A DNA stretch of 63,437 bases, counting the filler. It is 11 parts of 11 records of this genome, joined end to end, with 100 filler letters (N's around TTAATTAATTAA, not from the genome) between each part and the next. Parts side by side here need not be neighbours in the genome. Positions count along the whole stretch, not along the records: positions 1 to 8,809 come from SRR11831585_415; positions 8,910 to 11,480 come from SRR11831585_416; positions 11,581 to 13,899 come from SRR11831585_421; 8 more parts are not named here. One strand, 5' to 3'. Shown here piece by piece: positions 1 through 13,999 of this stretch. The position numbers and the translations under genes are program-made. How positions within the stretch are numbered: position 1 is the stretch's first letter; every line of letters begins with the position of its first letter. A model generated the notes under the pieces. The model saw only the letters and a program-made list of their open reading frames with translations. It was not told the DNA's origin and searched no databases.

Positions 1-29
1 CCTTGTCCGCCCCAGAACGCACCACAATC

Positions 30-66
30 GTAGGCCTGAGAAGACGCAACAGCGTCGCATCGGGCA
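30..66. repeat. REP/PU palindromic unit
   Basis: GTAGGCCTGAGAAGACGCAACAGCGTCGCATCGGGCA resembles the E. coli REP consensus. Confidence 0.7.
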
Positions 67-280
67 ATCAGCATCAAACAATGCCACTCAAAACGACAAA
101 CTACTTTCACCTAAAATACCCTTATCACCTGATATACAGTAAATACCTTACCTGGCGCGAATTTCTTTGAATAACGGCCTACCGCCCCGCTTATTTGCGC
201 ATCTTTTGTCTCGATATACATTTTCTGACATCCTCATCCGCTATGCTACAGGCACTAAAAATGGTTATTGAGGAGCAAAT

Positions 281-940
281 ATGGCTAACTGGTTAAATCA
301 ACTGCAATCCCTGCTTGGGCAAAGCAGTTCTTCTACCTCCTCGTCTGCGGATCAGGGATTGGTCAAACTGTTAGTGCCAGGCGCATTAGGCGGACTGGCT
401 GGGCTGCTGGTCGCAAATAAATCAGCACGTAAACTTCTTACGAAATATGGCACCAACGCGTTACTGGTTGGCGGCGGAGCGGTAGCGGGTACGGTGCTGT
501 GGAATAAATACAAAGATAAAATTCGCGCGGCGCATCAGGACGAACCGCAGTTTGGCGCGCAAAGTACGCCGCTGGATGAGCGTACAGCACGTTTGATCCT
601 TGCGCTGGTCTTTGCCGCTAAAAGTGATGGTCATATTGATGCCAAAGAACGTGCGGCAATCGACCAGCAATTGCGTGGAGCCGGCGTGGAAGAGCAGGGG
701 CGTGTACTCATTGAGCAGGCAATCGAACAACCGCTGGATCCACAACGCCTGGCTACCGGGGTCCGCAATGAAGAAGAGGCGCTGGAAATCTATTTCCTGA
801 GTTGCGCGGCTATTGATATTGACCATTTTATGGAACGCAGTTACCTGAATGCACTGGGTGACGCGCTGAAAATCCCCCAGGATGTTCGTGACGGCATTGA
901 ACGCGATCTCGAACAGCAAAAACGCACTTTGGCGGAATAA
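281..940 (+). CDS. yebE: DUF533 family inner membrane protein YebE
   Basis: 219-aa ORF, TerB-like AAKSDGHID motif, adjacent to ptrB as in E. coli. Confidence 0.93.
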
Positions 941-1121
941 TTCCGCTCTCTGGATAGCCTGAAGTTGACTATTTCGGGCTATCCAGAATCGCACAGCCAT
1001 TTGAACAGGCTGATTTTCTCTGTCTGCATAACATTCGATATCCGCGCCATTACCTGTCATCATCTAAGCAATGACTCCCCTGTTTCGCTTGCATCCCCGG
1101 TGAGTTTTGCCACCCTTATAA

Positions 1122-3868
<2,747 letters not shown>

Positions 3869-3891
3869 GGCATGCTCCAGGCCGAAAAAGC

Positions 3892-4548
3892 CTAGCGTAA
3901 TGGAATGATATCGCCTTGCCAACCCTGTGATGAACGCTGACCGACTAACAATAATGAACCACGATCGGCGCGAACGATGAGACGACCATATTCATCCCAT
4001 AGTGCACTGTTACCACGGGCATTTGCCATCAGCACGGCAATCGAGTACTGATGTGAAAAAAATTGTAAGCGACGGGCCGACGCCAGCAGGTCGGGTTCTC
4101 CCAGACATTGCCCTGTAGTAAACAGTGAACAGGTCGGGTCCATATCCATACCTTGCGGTTGTTCATCGACCACCGTGATGGTTCTGGAACGACGGCCCAG
4201 ACATGCACCATGACTCTGATGGTAGATCCCAGGCGTTTTTCGCCACGGTGCGAACACCGCAATTCCACGAATAAAGCGATCGTTATATTCAACGGGAAGG
4301 CCGGCAATGATGGTCATTCGCCAGGTCGTTGCGGCATAACAAAGCGGGTCTAACAGTGAGAGATCGGGTGGGGCAGGAAGGGCACGTCGCGAATAATCAC
4401 ACCCCAGTAAAGAAAGCGATGGAAAAACTAACAGCTGACATTGTTGCCTGGCGGCGGCCCTCACAAACTCCAGATGATGAGCTACCTGTTCGGTGAGTGA
4501 GGTTTTACGAGGCTCATATTGCGCTGCTGCAACTTTCCAGAACGACAT
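3892..4548 (-). CDS. yobB: Carbon-nitrogen hydrolase family protein YobB
   Basis: 218 aa, nitrilase-like N-terminus (VAAAQY, LLVFP), synteny. Confidence 0.9.
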   Translation of the reverse strand: MSFWKVAAAQYEPRKTSLTEQVAHHLEFVRAAARQQCQLLVFPSLSLLGCDYSRRALPAPPDLSLLDPLCYAATTWRMTIIAGLPVEYNDRFIRGIAVFAPWRKTPGIYHQSHGACLGRRSRTITVVDEQPQGMDMDPTCSLFTTGQCLGEPDLLASARRLQFFSHQYSIAVLMANARGNSALWDEYGRLIVRADRGSLLLVGQRSSQGWQGDIIPLR

Positions 4549-4649
4549 AATGACTTCCTTTTCAAAATGACTGCAAATTATGAGTGCGGTTTAGAAAATA
4601 CTCATAATTTAGCAGGCGTTATGTAAGAAAGTGTAACTCTGTATAAGTT

Positions 4650-4880
4650 TTATTTAAGTTTGGGCTCGTAAGGTAAACGTGACAGATTGACCGAAGCCAA
4701 ACGGTGGGCAATAAGCCGCTCGCGAAACCAGCTGCGCAAATGTTCAGGCTGTTCACGTTCAACCGCTTCAGCGATCACCGGCATATTGTAGCGTTCTTTA
4801 AATGCCACCCCGGCCGCCGCCAAATCGACATTCACTTTATCCATTTCTGTTTGATCCAGTTTAGCCAGATTCTTCAGCAT
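4650..4880 (-). CDS. holE: DNA polymerase III theta subunit
   Basis: 76 aa [32 protein letters not shown]. Confidence 0.97.
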
Positions 4881-5018
4881 TCTTAATCTCCTCATCATTC
4901 GCGGGCAAAAGTTACTAAGAGTGAGCCAGGATGGCAAGCCGGAATTGATGATCCTCGACTCAGACATTAGACAAGGTTATGCTCTGTAAAAAAGTTATTA
5001 CAAAAAGGAATAGATAAT

Positions 5019-5393
5019 ATGGCTTCAACTGCACGCTCCCTTCGCTACGCGCTGGCAATCCTGACCACTTCGTTGGTGACACCTTCCGTCTGGGCACATG
5101 CGCATTTAACGCATCAGTATCCTGCGGCAAACGCGCAAGTGACAGCTGCACCGCAGGCAATCACTTTAAACTTCTCGGAAGGTGTTGAAACAGGATTCAG
5201 TGGTGCAAAAATCACGGGGCCAAAAAACGAAAATATTAAAACATTACCGGCGAAGCGAAATGAGCAGGACCAAAAGCAACTGATTGTTCCACTGGCCGAT
5301 TCGCTGAAACCCGGAACCTACACCGTTGACTGGCATGTTGTTTCGGTGGACGGGCATAAAACGAAAGGACACTACACCTTTAGCGTGAAATAA
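5019..5393 (+). CDS. yobA: CopC-family periplasmic copper-binding protein
   Basis: Signal peptide ending AHAHL, C-terminal SVDGH motif. Confidence 0.95.
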   Translation: MASTARSLRYALAILTTSLVTPSVWAHAHLTHQYPAANAQVTAAPQAITLNFSEGVETGFSGAKITGPKNENIKTLPAKRNEQDQKQLIVPLADSLKPGTYTVDWHVVSVDGHKTKGHYTFSVK

Positions 5394-5396
5394 ATC

Positions 5397-6269
5397 ATGC
5401 TGGCGTTTACCTGGATCGCGCTGCGATTTATCCATTTCACCTCGCTGATGCTGGTTTTTGGCTTCGCAATGTACGGTGCCTGGCTGGCCCCCTTGACGAT
5501 TCGTCGCTTGCTGGCGAAGCGTTTTCTGCGTTTACAACAGCACGCTGCCGTCTGGAGTTTGATCAGTGCCACTGCAATGCTCGCCGTTCAGGGCGGGTTG
5601 ATGGGAACGGGATGGACAGATGTATTTTCGCCAAACATTTGGCAGGCTGTTTTGCAAACGCAGTTTGGTGGCATCTGGTTATGGCAAATTGTTCTCGCCC
5701 TCGTAACGTTGATCGTCGCCCTTATGCAACCGCGGAATATGCCACGTTTGCTGTTTATGCTCACTACCGCGCAATTTATTCTGCTGGCGGGAGTGGGGCA
5801 TGCGACGCTGAATGAAGGGGTAACAGCGAAAATCCATCAGACTAATCACGCGATTCACCTGATTTGTGCGGCGGCGTGGTTTGGGGGATTACTGCCGGTG
5901 CTCTGGTGTATGCAACTCATCAAAGGCCGTTGGCGACACCAGGCTATTCAGGCGCTGATGCGTTTTTCCTGGTGCGGGCATTTTGCGGTGATCGGCGTAC
6001 TGGCAAGCGGCGTGCTTAATGCATTGTTGATTACCGGATTTCCCCCCACGCTTACGACTTACTGGGGCCAACTCTTATTGCTCAAAGCCATCCTGGTGAT
6101 GATTATGGTGGTCATTGCGCTGGCTAATCGTTATGTTCTTGTACCGCGCATGAGGCAGGATGAAGATCGTGCGGCACCCTGGTTTGTGTGGATGACTAAA
6201 CTCGAATGGGCGATAGGTGCGGTAGTGCTGGTGATCATCAGCCTGCTTGCGACTCTCGAACCTTTTTGA
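5397..6269 (+). CDS. yebZ: CopD-family membrane protein
   Basis: 290-aa multi-TM protein, GHA and HL..AAAWFGGL motifs, follows copC-like gene. Confidence 0.95.
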   Translation: MLAFTWIALRFIHFTSLMLVFGFAMYGAWLAPLTIRRLLAKRFLRLQQHAAVWSLISATAMLAVQGGLMGTGWTDVFSPNIWQAVLQTQFGGIWLWQIVLALVTLIVALMQPRNMPRLLFMLTTAQFILLAGVGHATLNEGVTAKIHQTNHAIHLICAAAWFGGLLPVLWCMQLIKGRWRHQAIQALMRFSWCGHFAVIGVLASGVLNALLITGFPPTLTTYWGQLLLLKAILVMIMVVIALANRYVLVPRMRQDEDRAAPWFVWMTKLEWAIGAVVLVIISLLATLEPF

Positions 6270-6281
6270 TGGATTACGAAA

Positions 6282-6623
6282 ATGATGAAAAAAAGTATTC
6301 TGGCGTTTCTGTTACTCACCAGTTCTGCAGCGGCGCTGGCTGCACCGCAGGTGATTACCGTCAGTCGTTTTGAAGTGGGTAAAGACAAATGGGCGTTTAA
6401 TCGCGAAGAGGTGATGCTGACTTGCCGACCGGGTAATGCTTTGTATGTTATTAATCCGAGTACCCTCGTGCAGTATCCTTTAAACGATATCGCACAAAAG
6501 GAAGTTGCCAGTGGGAAGACCAATGCCCAACCCATTTCGGTGATTCAGATTGATGATCCTAACAATCCCGGCGAAAAAATGAGTCTGGCACCGTTTATAG
6601 AACGAGCTGAAAAACTCTGTTAA
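6282..6623 (+). CDS. yebY: DUF2511 periplasmic protein YebY
   Basis: 113 aa, signal peptide, WAFNREEV motif, third gene of the yobA operon. Confidence 0.93.
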   Translation: MMKKSILAFLLLTSSAAALAAPQVITVSRFEVGKDKWAFNREEVMLTCRPGNALYVINPSTLVQYPLNDIAQKEVASGKTNAQPISVIQIDDPNNPGEKMSLAPFIERAEKLC

Positions 6624-6650
6624 TTACCTAAAATAGCCTTTTGATTTCCA

Positions 6651-6695
6651 ATAAAAAAACCGCCTCAGTTCTTTCACCAGAACGGGCGGTTTTTA
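6651..6695. terminator. Bidirectional intrinsic terminator
   Basis: AAAAAAACCGCC...GGCGGTTTTT stem flanked by A and T tracts. Confidence 0.75.
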
Positions 6696-6781
6696 ACATT
6701 TCAGCTGATGACCACCACGCTTTTTATTGACCATTTTGCACGCAAACTGGAAAACCTGGCGTCGTCATCTATTCTTAAAGG

Positions 6782-6884
6782 GCAAGGCAACTAAGCCTGC
6801 ATTAATGCCAACTTTTAGCGCACGGCTCTCTCCCAAGAGCCATTTCCCTGGACCGAATACAGGAATCGTGTTCGGTCTCTTTTT
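6782..6884 (+). ncRNA. sdsR: SdsR (RyeB) sRNA
   Basis: GCAAGGCAACTAAGCCTGCATTAATGCC... ending in hairpin plus T tract; sigmaS-type CTATTCT upstream. Confidence 0.88.
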
Positions 6885-7018
6885 ATCTGTTAAAAGCCAG
6901 AAGCATTTCCTTCGCTGACTTTATAGTCAACCATAACACACACTCTACTGTCTGAGTCCAGCGTTTTTTAACATTCTTGTTAAGATTATGTGATCTTTAG
7001 CGCGGGAGGAAAATATTG

Positions 7019-7675
7019 ATGAAACAGCCTGCGCCCGTTTATCAGAGAATTGCGGGTCATCAATGGCGACATATCTGGCTTTCTGGCGATATACACGGTT
7101 GTCTTGAGCAGTTGCGCCGCAAATTATGGCATTGTCGTTTTGATCCGTGGCGAGATTTACTTATCTCAGTGGGAGACGTTATCGATCGTGGGCCGCAAAG
7201 TTTACGTTGTCTGCAGTTACTGGAACAACATTGGGTTTGTGCGGTAAGAGGCAATCATGAACAGATGGCGATGGATGCGCTGGCATCCCAGCAGATGTCT
7301 TTGTGGTTGATGAATGGCGGCGACTGGTTTATTGCGCTGGCAGATAATCAACAGAAACAAGCGAAAACGGCGCTGGAAAAATGTCAGCATTTGCCCTTTA
7401 TTCTTGAAGTACACAGTCGCACCGGCAAGCATGTTATTGCTCATGCCGATTATCCAGATGATGTTTATGAATGGCAAAAGGACGTTGATTTGCATCAGGT
7501 CTTGTGGAGCCGCTCGCGATTAGGTGAACGCCAAAAAGGGCAGGGAATTACAGGTGCTGATCATTTCTGGTTTGGTCATACACCGTTGCGACATCGCGTG
7601 GATATTGGCAACCTGCATTATATTGATACCGGTGCTGTCTTTGGGGGCGAACTGACTCTTGTGCAATTGCAATAA
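7019..7675 (+). CDS. pphA: Ser/Thr phosphoprotein phosphatase 1
   Basis: GDIHG, GDVIDRG, RGNHE, GHT motifs. Confidence 0.96.
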   Translation: MKQPAPVYQRIAGHQWRHIWLSGDIHGCLEQLRRKLWHCRFDPWRDLLISVGDVIDRGPQSLRCLQLLEQHWVCAVRGNHEQMAMDALASQQMSLWLMNGGDWFIALADNQQKQAKTALEKCQHLPFILEVHSRTGKHVIAHADYPDDVYEWQKDVDLHQVLWSRSRLGERQKGQGITGADHFWFGHTPLRHRVDIGNLHYIDTGAVFGGELTLVQLQ

Positions 7676-7867
7676 TTAAAAATCACCGTACTCCTGTGCA
7701 GGTCGCCAGAAACCATCTATAAAATCCTCAATCGGAAAACAACCGCCCTGGCGGATCCGTTGATCGCTCATAGAATAAAGACACTGCTGTTCCGTGTTGT
7801 AGACATCCACAACAATATCTTCACAACCGCCATCCAGGTAGCAAACAAAAAGTACCAGCGCGAACAT
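7676..7867 (-). CDS. yebW: DUF1482 family protein YebW (alternative upstream start at 7951)
   Basis: MFALVLFVCYLDGGC..., synteny. Confidence 0.85.
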   Translation of the reverse strand: MFALVLFVCYLDGGCEDIVVDVYNTEQQCLYSMSDQRIRQGGCFPIEDFIDGFWRPAQEYGDF

Positions 7868-7971
7868 TTCATCCCCGAAGTGTGGTGCCGTACCGTTAAG
7901 TTTAGGAGAGATTTTACAACGGGGGAATAACCAGGACAAATAACCCGCCATGCCGACGGGTTCTTTTTGGA

Positions 7972-8208
7972 TCAGGCAAGACGCATAATCCAGGCATCAG
8001 ATTGTTGATCGTAACGGGTACGGTAAAGGACAGAGTGTTCGCCATTTAGCAGGGCAGGGATACTGGTTTCAGCATCCCAGGCATCCAGTTGCATACATAA
8101 ATCGGGGTCAGATTTACAAGGAATGGTTAACGTTCGATCACCTGGCGATTCACCGTGTAATTCGCCGTCGTCGATTTCAAAAGCGCCTATGCGCACACTG
8201 GTTTTCAT
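7972..8208 (-). CDS. yebV: DUF1480 family protein YebV
   Basis: 78 aa MKTSVRIGAFEIDD, synteny. Confidence 0.88.
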   Translation of the reverse strand: MKTSVRIGAFEIDDGELHGESPGDRTLTIPCKSDPDLCMQLDAWDAETSIPALLNGEHSVLYRTRYDQQSDAWIMRLA

Positions 8209-8325
8209 CTTCGTGCTCTCCATTTAGCTGCCGATTGTGGTACGACCAGTCCGATCGCACCATTTTTCAGCCTAGTTGAGGCAGCCGAATGTGCCAGTCA
8301 AAAAGTGCGCTTTTTTTGTGCGCTG

Positions 8326-8809
8326 TCAGGCGTTACCGGTAAAAAGTTTCCCATCGCGCACCAGTTCACGCGGATAGCTGTTTTTCAATCGCGAACCAAT
8401 CCGTTTGGCTAAACCAATCGGTTGATGCTGGAAAGTAACCAATACATCATCCGCCACTGGCGCGGCTTGCGGGTAAACATCGCGCCCGCGATACCACTCC
8501 TCCGCTTCCTGCGGTGTCAGCTCGAATGCATTCATATTATCGGGTGAGGCAAGAGCAATAACCGCTTCATGCTGCCAGCGATAACCTTTGTTGTGCGTCT
8601 CGGCAAGTTTAATCCCCAACCGAGAAAATCGGACTTTACCGATCAGGGCTTCAATGCCCACCGGGAACAACCACAGTTCTTTGTCACGCTGCCAGAGGCG
8701 CAGGTTTTCATCCCAGTTTAAGCCAACACCTGTAGCCGCCTGACGAATTTGTCCAGCTTCGCGATCTTTCACCGGGCTGAACGGAAAATTACCGACTTTG
8801 TATTTGGGG
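8326..8809 (-). CDS. rsmF: 16S rRNA m5C1407 methyltransferase, 3' part (contig-truncated)
   Basis: C-terminal [16 protein letters not shown]-like region; synteny with yebV. Confidence 0.92.
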
Positions 8810-8909
8810 NNNNNNNNNNNNNNNNNNNNNNNNNNNNNNNNNNNNNNNNNNNNTTAATTAATTAANNNNNNNNNNNNNNNNNNNNNNNNNNNNNNNNNNN
8901 NNNNNNNNN
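8810..8909. other. Artificial contig spacer N44-TTAATTAATTAA-N44; copies at 11481, 13900, 40317, 42600, 45785, 53504, 56354, 59196, 61300
   Basis: Ten identical 100-bp spacers, core has stops in all six frames. Confidence 0.99.
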
Positions 8910-8969
8910 AACACTACAACAGTCACTCGGAGATCAGCAAAGCACAGACACGGGCGACCGCGCGCATAC

Positions 8970-9237
8970 CTTCGTCAATTGTATCGCAAAACTTTACATA
9001 GTCCAGCATGCCGTCGCGACTGTCGTACTTCGCAACCAGAGCGTTCAGCTCATCCTCGCTGACTTGTAATTTGGCGACGGCGAATCCACGCCTGAATTGA
9101 GCAGCGGTAATCTTACCGGTGTGCCGCTTATCAAAGTCCTTGAACCATTCTGACAAACGCACACTCGATGCGCGGATGGCAAGTTTAAGACGATGCTCCA
9201 CGTCGTCCACGGAGACTTGAACAGCAGCACCGGGCAT
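8970..9237 (-). CDS. EF-hand protein, first exon (eukaryote; truncated)
   Basis: MPGAAVQ...RLSEWFKDFDKRHTGKITAAQFRRG...YDSRDGMLDYVKFCDTIDE, then GTATGC donor. Confidence 0.75.
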
Positions 9238-9573
9238 AGCGAGTGCAGAGTGGTACGAGATCACCGTCACTAAAGATCGAAGGAAATGTTGGTGTGCTCG
9301 CTGCAGAATTGTTGAGGCCGTTTCCAATTCGATTTCGACCGTCCTCCATAGATATCGAGAACGGTCAACATTCCGAGGGCTAGCTGGTACAGAGCATCGA
9401 GAACGGTCAATTCCGGTGGTGAAAGATGAGCTAAGTTGTTTGTGTCGAATTCGAGGTCATTCTGAGATATTCTGATGGTTGATGCCTTGGTCGACTTGAC
9501 CCTGCTTGAAACACTGAACAGGTTTATATTGCAACGTCGTCCACAACACTGCAACTGCCAATCGTCGCTGTAG

Positions 9574-10921
9574 ATGCGGACCGAGTCATTTACCTTCGGA
9601 GCCGTATTTCTCGTGTGCATTGCGGCGGTGCTGTCCCAATGCACTCTCCGAACACATGCGCCGCAAACATTTCTCCACGATGATGAATTCACATCTGTAT
9701 CGGGCTTCTGTGTAGCCAACGAGACCGCCAATGCGCACTTATTTTTCTGGTTATTTGAGGCCGACAGCTTTACAGCCAACACACCACTGATAATCTGGCT
9801 CACGGGAGGCCCCGGTTACAGCTCTATGCTTGCGCTGTTCCAGGAGCACGGGCCGTACTTTGTGCAGAGCAACTTGACGCTCACACGCAACCCGAACCGT
9901 TGGAACCGCTTTGCACATGTGCTCTACATCGACCAGCCCGCGGGGACCGGGTTCTCGACGGTGGGCAGCGCAGCAGACATCGTGACCACGGAGGAGGACC
10001 TCGCCGAGCAGCTGGTGCACGCTGTGCGGCAGTTCCTGGAGGCGCGCCCGCAGTACGCCAGCGCACCGCTGTTTGTGACGGGGGAGAGCTACGGTGCGTG
10101 TGCGGGCGTAGCTGGTGCGGATGTGTGCTGACAGGGCGCGTGTAGGGGGCAAGTACGTGCCGTTCACCGCGATGCATATGCTGGAGCACAATGCGCGGCA
10201 CGGACCGCTGTTCCATCTGCGCGGGATCGCCGTGGGCGACGGGTGGACCTCGCCGCTCGTGCAGACGTCCGTAGTGGCGGACACGGCGTACCAGTTCGGG
10301 CTGGTGGACAGGAACGAGCGCGACCACATGGCGCGCATGTACGACAAGTGTGCGGCGCTGGTGGGCGAGGAGCGGTGGCTGGAAGCGGCGGTGCTGTGTG
10401 ATGACATCCTGTTCTTTGCGGTGAACGCGTCGGGCGGCATCAGCGTGGACGACGTGCGCACGTTCGCCAACGACGTGAACCCCGCCATCCGGCACTACCT
10501 CAACCTGCCCTCTGTCAAGGACATGCTGGGCATCAACCCTGCCTTCGTGTTCCACATGAGCTCAGACGCGGTCGCCACGGCGCTGCTGCCGGACGAGATG
10601 AAAGATGCCGCGGGCGTGCTCATTGCGCTGCTGGACCGCGGCGTACCCACGCTGCTCTACAGCGCCAACTTTGATCTGAACTGCGGCGGCCCGGGCACTG
10701 CGGTCATGCTACGCGACCTGCCGTGGACGTCGCAGCTTGCGTTCAACCAGGCGCCCAAGACGCTGTTCCGTGTGCAGGGTGCTGTTGCGGGGTGGACGCG
10801 GTCGTACGGGCCCCTCACACACAGCATGGTGTACGGGGCGGGGCACGTGGCGCCCGAGACACAGCCCGTGAGCGTGTATGCGCTGGTGTCGCAGTTTGTT
10901 GCGGCCCATGCTGTTGCGTGA
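9574..10921 (+). CDS. Serine carboxypeptidase S10; exons 9574-10093, 10146-10921
   Basis: Signal peptide, WLTGGPG, IDQPAGTGFS; removing a 52-bp GT-AG intron restores GESYGGKYVP; Asp in FDLNC, His in GAGHVAP. Confidence 0.92.
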
Positions 10922-11191
10922 TGTTTTTTTAATTGGGGACCAGTATAGGTACGGTACGCTGCAGTACTATCGCATCAACACCCATAACTATAAGGAGCCG
11001 AAGATCGAGCTCTACGTGCCAAGTTGACGCGGACATCTCTGGGAGGACTCACACGAGTGCGGTTTTCTGCATACATTTGGGGGAGGGGGAAGAAGAATAG
11101 CACAACACATCACAAGCACAGTACATCCCGCACGTATTATATTATGTTCACATTTCACCACGCACGCATCCCCCATAGAACACAGCAGCCT

Positions 11192-11452
11192 TTACCGACC
11201 CTCTGGCTTGAGCTTGGGCGGCCGGATGAATTTCGTCTTCTTTCCAGATGCAAAATCTCGCCACGAGCTGCAGGGAACAAACAAAAACGTGAGTCGAACA
11301 ACATTAAAACGAAGATGTCACACAAGAATAGGGCACATTACGAGCGCAGATGGATCGAACACACACGCGCATAGTCCAAAATACGCACTTACACCATATA
11401 CATAGCACACGTACCCCACTCGTTCCTCCCTTGTATTTTCCCACTCTTCTTG
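11192..11452 (-). CDS. DNAJC8: DNAJC8/SPF31-like J-protein, last two exons (11452-11415, 11267-11192)
   Basis: Spliced peptide QEEWENTREERVGSWRDFASGKKTKFIRPPKLKPEGR* matches the DNAJC8 C-terminal WE.TR..RV.SWR.F..RPPK motif; phases consistent. Confidence 0.8.
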
Positions 11453-11814
11453 CTGCATTGGATCGAAAACGCATAAAAAANNNNNNNNNNNNNNNNNNNN
11501 NNNNNNNNNNNNNNNNNNNNNNNNTTAATTAATTAANNNNNNNNNNNNNNNNNNNNNNNNNNNNNNNNNNNNNNNNNNNNCACACACATACACACACACA
11601 TACACAACACGTGAGACGCGTAAGACAAGGAACGATGGCGGATGCAGACATAGGTATGGCATAGAACAGAAAGAGAGTTGATGGCGACAAAGAGCAAGCA
11701 ACAAGACGATACACAAGATGAGCGGGACGCATCTTATCAGACGCACGCGTACACATACACACACACACACATACACAAATATGTGGACACATACACCCTG
11801 CGCCATGCACACAC

Positions 11815-13864
11815 CTCGATCCCAAAGACCCAGTATTCGCAGAGCCGCATGTACAGTGTCTCGCGCATTGCTGTGTGCTGGTACACATGCTCCAGGTAGG
11901 TGCGCACCAGAGTGCTGTCAGACATGTGGTTGACCACCCTATAAATAAATAGAAAACGGACAATGTGAGCGAGGCACACACACACACAGACACACGGTGT
12001 CCACCACAATAAGTACTGTGGAAACAAGCAGGCACAGGGGGACTAACTCCAAGATTCCCAGCACGGTAAGAATGGACGGTGAACGAGGCATGATCCCCCT
12101 GACATACGCTCACAGCCACAAGAGGCAGTAATCGAATACCAACATCACTCAATGATAAACCAGGATAGAAAGCACGTACCGACGAATGACAGTCACCATT
12201 GCATGGAACGCCGCAATCCCACAAGTGCCGGTAGACGATTTGGCGATAATGTCCAAAAGCAGGTCCAGCAGAATGGGAAAGTGTTCGATAAGAAGTGGTG
12301 CTTCCACATTGAGAAGAGCGGGCAGTCGCTATTACACATAAGCAAACGACACGATGTAAAGATAACACACAAACACCGCAGTTGCACCATGTATCGCCGC
12401 AGCACACGCACAGATACACGTGTTAACAAAACAACATGGACACGCACACGCTCTACACACACATTTGAATAAACACACACACGACCCCCATTACAAACAA
12501 CCATCACATACCGATGTCAGGTTTCTCTCTGCCTGTGGATCAGTGCGATCGTAAAACAGCAGACCCAGCACCGCGTTCTGTGTGTACACGGAGGAATGCA
12601 GTCTGACAGCGAGTTTGAACAATCCCTTGCCGCCCTCCAACGCAGACGAGGGCTAACACACCGCAACACAACACACATCACGAGTGAGTGTGGGTTCGAA
12701 CAATAATGAAGACGAAAAACAAGCATGGCAATGCGCTAGGACCAACAAGCAAAACCCAACTATAATTACAAAAGCGCATCAAAGATAGTGTGTTTGTATC
12801 TTCACGCACTCTGTGACACATCGGACATAGAACGGCAGCCGACGATAGAATACCAGAGGAGACGTAGGCATAGAGTCTGCGACTGTGGACACGACCCCAC
12901 TGACGAACAAGACTTGCAAACGTGCGACAGTATGCCCGCTGACATCAAACAACACGAAGCACGCCACGCACACAACAGGGGCTGCAGAATAACACCAGCG
13001 TACCGGGTGTGCGAGGTATCCCGACTCCAATTTCAGGTAGATGGGTAACAATTGGTCCGGCTTTGCAATTCTATGTATACAGAACAGATGAGCGTCCGAA
13101 ACAAATAAAAAATTACAACCTTACAGACGTAGGGTGTCTCCACTGAATCACGTAAGATGCAGCACGTACGAAAACGCAGAAAAGACCACAGCTCACATAA
13201 CACACACATCTCACACTCATCGTAACATGAAATATACACGAACTCGCCACTACTCTCAAAGCATGAGGAGAACGTACTGCAACGAAGATGAAGACGCCAG
13301 GATCGGGAGCACCGCATAGCCCACAACCGTCTGCGAAGAACAAACAATCATATCAATACATATCATACATAATGCTCACACATATGGTACCATACAGTGC
13401 GCACAAACTTATACTTACATAATTATCAGACACAATATCGCACACAGGACCGACCATGCACATACACACGAGGAACGGTACTGGAGAGAGGAGAGAAACA
13501 CTCACGAAAGTTGGAGGCTCGTACATCGGATACGAGACGGAAATAAGCGCACGGACCGCACGATCACACCACAAACAAACCAAGCCAATCGGATATGCAG
13601 GTAAGTATACATATTCGATCACGGGACGACTGAACGCAAGAACTACATCATGCGTGACGGCAGCCAGTGATCGAGAAACATAATTGAGAATACACACAGA
13701 TAAACTGATACAGCGGTACTTTGCACTGAGATATACAGTTGATATAAATATGTGTGAATATAAGAGCAGGATCGCTGTATCGCATACCTCCACAGCATCC
13801 ACGGTGCCCGTGCCCGCCTTGTTGGTGGCGATGTGATAGAACGTGAACCGGATGTGGTGTTTCT
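11815..13864 (-). CDS. DOCK-family (DOCK-C/D, zizimin-like) GEF fragment: DHR-1/C2 end plus helical region; exons 13864-13788, 13330-13278, 13070-13004, 12652-12512, 12328-12180, 11938-11815
   Basis: Spliced KHHIRFTFYHI...VETVVGYAVLPIL...LPIYLKLESGYL...EGGKGLFKLAVRLHSSVYTQN; all introns GT-AG and phase-consistent. Confidence 0.85.
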
Positions 13865-13999
13865 CTGTCAGACTACACACACACACACACACACACACAN
13901 NNNNNNNNNNNNNNNNNNNNNNNNNNNNNNNNNNNNNNNNNNNTTAATTAATTAANNNNNNNNNNNNNNNNNNNNNNNNNNNNNNNNNNNNNNNNNNNN

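Larger units (their letters stand above)
6651..6922 (-). ncRNA. ryeA: RyeA (SraC) RNA, antisense to SdsR; ends approximate
   Basis: Known position between pphA and yebY; minus strand begins AAAGTCAGCGAAGGAAATGC. Confidence 0.7.

Noticed and set aside
6727-6918. Small protein (TimP-like) in the ryeA region
   Set aside because: I could not identify a convincing toxin-like ORF; the track ORF overlaps sdsR and lacks support.
11525-13898. Cys/Val- or His/Thr-rich ORFs in the track (also 42793-43830 and 59240-61298)
   Set aside because: Translations of (GT)n/(CA)n intron sequence; real exons were reconstructed separately.
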